NCBI GenBank assembly: GCA_002104905.1
Contig: MCFE01000307.1
Coordinates: 34,076-98,075, forward strand
DNA from: Basidiobolus meristosporus CBS 931.73
Lineage: Eukaryota > Fungi > Basidiobolomycota
Direction: 5' to 3'
DNA length: 64,000 nt
Shown here: piece by piece, positions 61,661 through 64,000 of the stretch
Layout: each line of letters begins with the position of its first letter
Position numbering within the stretch: position 1 is the first letter of the stretch
Notes under the pieces: generated by a model
What the model was told of the DNA's origin: nothing
Seen by the model: the letters and a program-made list of their open reading frames with translations, nothing else
Databases searched by the model: none
Position numbers and translations under genes: made by a program

Positions 61661-64000
61661 TGTTGCAATTTAAGAAGTGATTTGAATATAAGGAACTTAT
61701 CAAGAAATAGTGATAATAGTTGAACTGTTGTTTATTCATAAAGAAGCTCAGTATTTATACCTTTGTAGAAGTAATACAGCTGCAACACTAAGTAGGGAGA
61801 GTTTCTCAATATTCAGGAGCATTCTGTAACAGTTTCAGGGTTAGTACATAATGTTTGGTAATAGTACTAATTTGATCCTGACTATAGGGGAATAATCATA
61901 AGATCATATATCTGGAGAAAGTGGCGAAGTTAAGGCAGTAAATGAGTCCTACAGTGACTAAGACTAGCCTAGAATTGTTAAGTAAACTTTTAGCTGCTGA
62001 ATGATACCAAATAGTCCAATATTTCAACACTCCCCCTCAACTAAATAATTTCTTAATCCCAATTTCTCTCTAAGGATCTCAAACTGTGGCCTAGCTAGTG
62101 GTTTTGTCAATATGTCTGCCACCATTTTGTCAGTTGGGCAGTAAACCAGCTCTACTAAGTTATTTTCTACAGCTTCCCTCACAAAGTGATGCTGTATATC
62201 AATGTGCTTAGTTCTGGCATGATTAGTAGGATTTCTAGCTAATGAATTACAACTTTGATTATCCTTGTAAATACATGTTGGTTCACCTGAATTAAAACCT
62301 AAGTCTTTGAATAATTTTCGTAGCCATATAGCCTCCTTAGTTGCTTGACATGCAGCCATATATTTGGCTTCAGTTGTAGATAGTGCCACAGTTGGTTGTT
62401 TCTTGCAATTCCAAGTAATAGCTGCACCAGCATAAAGAAATACATAGCCTGTGGTAGAGCGTCTGCCAATCAAATCCCTACCCCAATCTGAATCACTATA
62501 ACCATCAAATTTTCGCCTATTAGCTGCTCCAGAGTATTCCAGTACAATATTTATGGTACCTTGTAGATATCTGAAAATCCGCTTAACTGCTGCAATTTGA
62601 TCTGATCCATAATTCTGCATGAATTGACTGACTATTCCAACTGCTACTGCAATATCTGGACGTGTAGACACCATCAAGTACATTAGGCTACCAACCATTG
62701 ATTGATAGGGAAAGTTTTGGTCCATATTTGAGCCGTTTTCATCTATAACTGGCTGAGATTTGCTTAATTTCAGGTTATTGTCCATAGGGGTTGCTGCAGG
62801 TTTGCAATTTTCCATTTTGAAGCATCTAAGAATGTCCCTGATGTACTTAGACTGATTCAGCACAATTTTCTGCATAGGTATGTCAAATTTGACCTCAATT
62901 CCCAGAAAATAGCTCAATTTTCCAAGATCTTTCATCTCAAACTTGCTGAAGAGATCTGATTTTGTCTGTTTAAGTGCCTCTTGATCACTTGTAGCTATAA
63001 TTAGGTCGTCCAAATAAATAACTAGGATGATCACACCCTTTTGAGCTTTCTCACATATATAATGTGATATGCAGTGCTACAAGAGAACCCAATTTCCTCT
63101 AGATATGTGTCAATCTTGTTATACCATGCTCTGGGTGCCTGCTTAAGCCCATACAACGATTTTCTAAGTTTGCACACCTTATGGGGGCTTTTTGGATCGG
63201 TAAAACCTTCTGGTTGCTCCATATATATAGTTTCTTGCAAATCCCCATTTAGAAAGGCTGTTTTGACGTCCATTTGGTGTAGATCTAGACTGTGTACAGC
63301 TGCCAGGGCTAGAACTGTCCTAATAGAGTTAAACTTGGCAACCGGAGCAAATGTTTCCTTAAAGTCTAGTCCCTGGATCTGGGAATAGCCTTTAGCTACC
63401 AATCTAGCCTTGTACTTATCAACGGCACCATTTGAGGTTATCTTGATCTTGTAGACCCATCTACATCCTATTGGCTTTCTCCCATTTGGTAAATCTACCA
63501 GTTCCCACGTTTTTGCCTTGATCAGTGATTTGTACTCCTCCTGCATGGCTTGTTGCCACTTAGTAGCATCTGGACCTTGCATTGCCTGTTCCAGATTCTG
63601 AGGTTTGGCACATAAGGCAAGATAAGCTTCTTCATGATCATTGGATGTCTGCCACCAGGATCCAGGGCATTTCTTATTCTGGTAGATCTCCTAACTGGGA
63701 TAATCTGTTCTGATCTGGAACTGGTAGAAGTATCTTCCATCTCTGGCTGGATTTGGTACGTATCTTCTTCATTTGTGTTGATTGCATCACCAGGCAGCTG
63801 GCCAATGATTTCTGTGGCTTTCTGATCTGAATTTTCATCAAATACAATGTTCCTGCTCTTGATCAGCTTCTGAATTTCGCCATCATACACTCTATACCCT
63901 TTAGTATCTTCACAATACCCAAGAAAGATCCCTTTTCTACTCTTTGGTTCCAACTTTGAGCGTTTTTTGTCAGGGATGTGATAAAAAACATCACTGCCAA
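61661..64000 (-). mobile_element. Second copia family (element H): 3' LTR, RT/RNase H and integrase tail; runs off the window
   Basis: 3' LTR 61661-62029 (TGTTGAAAT...ATTGCAACA, unlike the 349-bp LTR); PPT GAGGGGGAG; ORFs 62024-63034 (YLDDL, GYSDSDWG, ADILTKPL, ends EGEC), 63031-63582 and 63522-63953. Confidence 0.93.

Noticed and set aside
18417-64000. Classical RIP as the cause of transposon decay
   Set aside because: CpA remains abundant, and copy-to-copy differences include many transversions and CpG-type transitions

Overview
Eukaryotic DNA, most likely fungal (inference from two Pho85/PCL-type cyclins, a short GT-AG intron and the transposon families). The window has two compartments. 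(1) About 1-18 kb is CpG-rich and holds three solid genes: a Pho80/PCL-type cyclin (1705-2610, -), a bacterial-type wax ester synthase/DGAT with one intron (9627-11098, +) and a second PCL/Clg1-type cyclin (13439-14128, -). It also holds one solo LTR. (2) About 18.4-64 kb is an almost CpG-free nest of transposons. One compact Ty1/copia family (LTR about 349 bp, 13 LTR copies, half-tRNAiMet primer site) has inserted repeatedly into itself. The nest also contains three copies of a CACTA/EnSpm-type element with head-to-head transposase and accessory genes (one with CCCTA termini at both ends), two copies of a PIF/Harbinger-superfamily (DDE_Tnp_4) element, Ty3/gypsy remnants and a second copia family. 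The most striking structure is a 731-bp near-perfect foldback element (55333-56063). It carries the Harbinger-type terminal repeats and an ATT target duplication, and sits inside a CACTA transposase gene. No rRNA, tRNA or CRISPR array was recognised. Identities quoted are by-eye counts and approximate.
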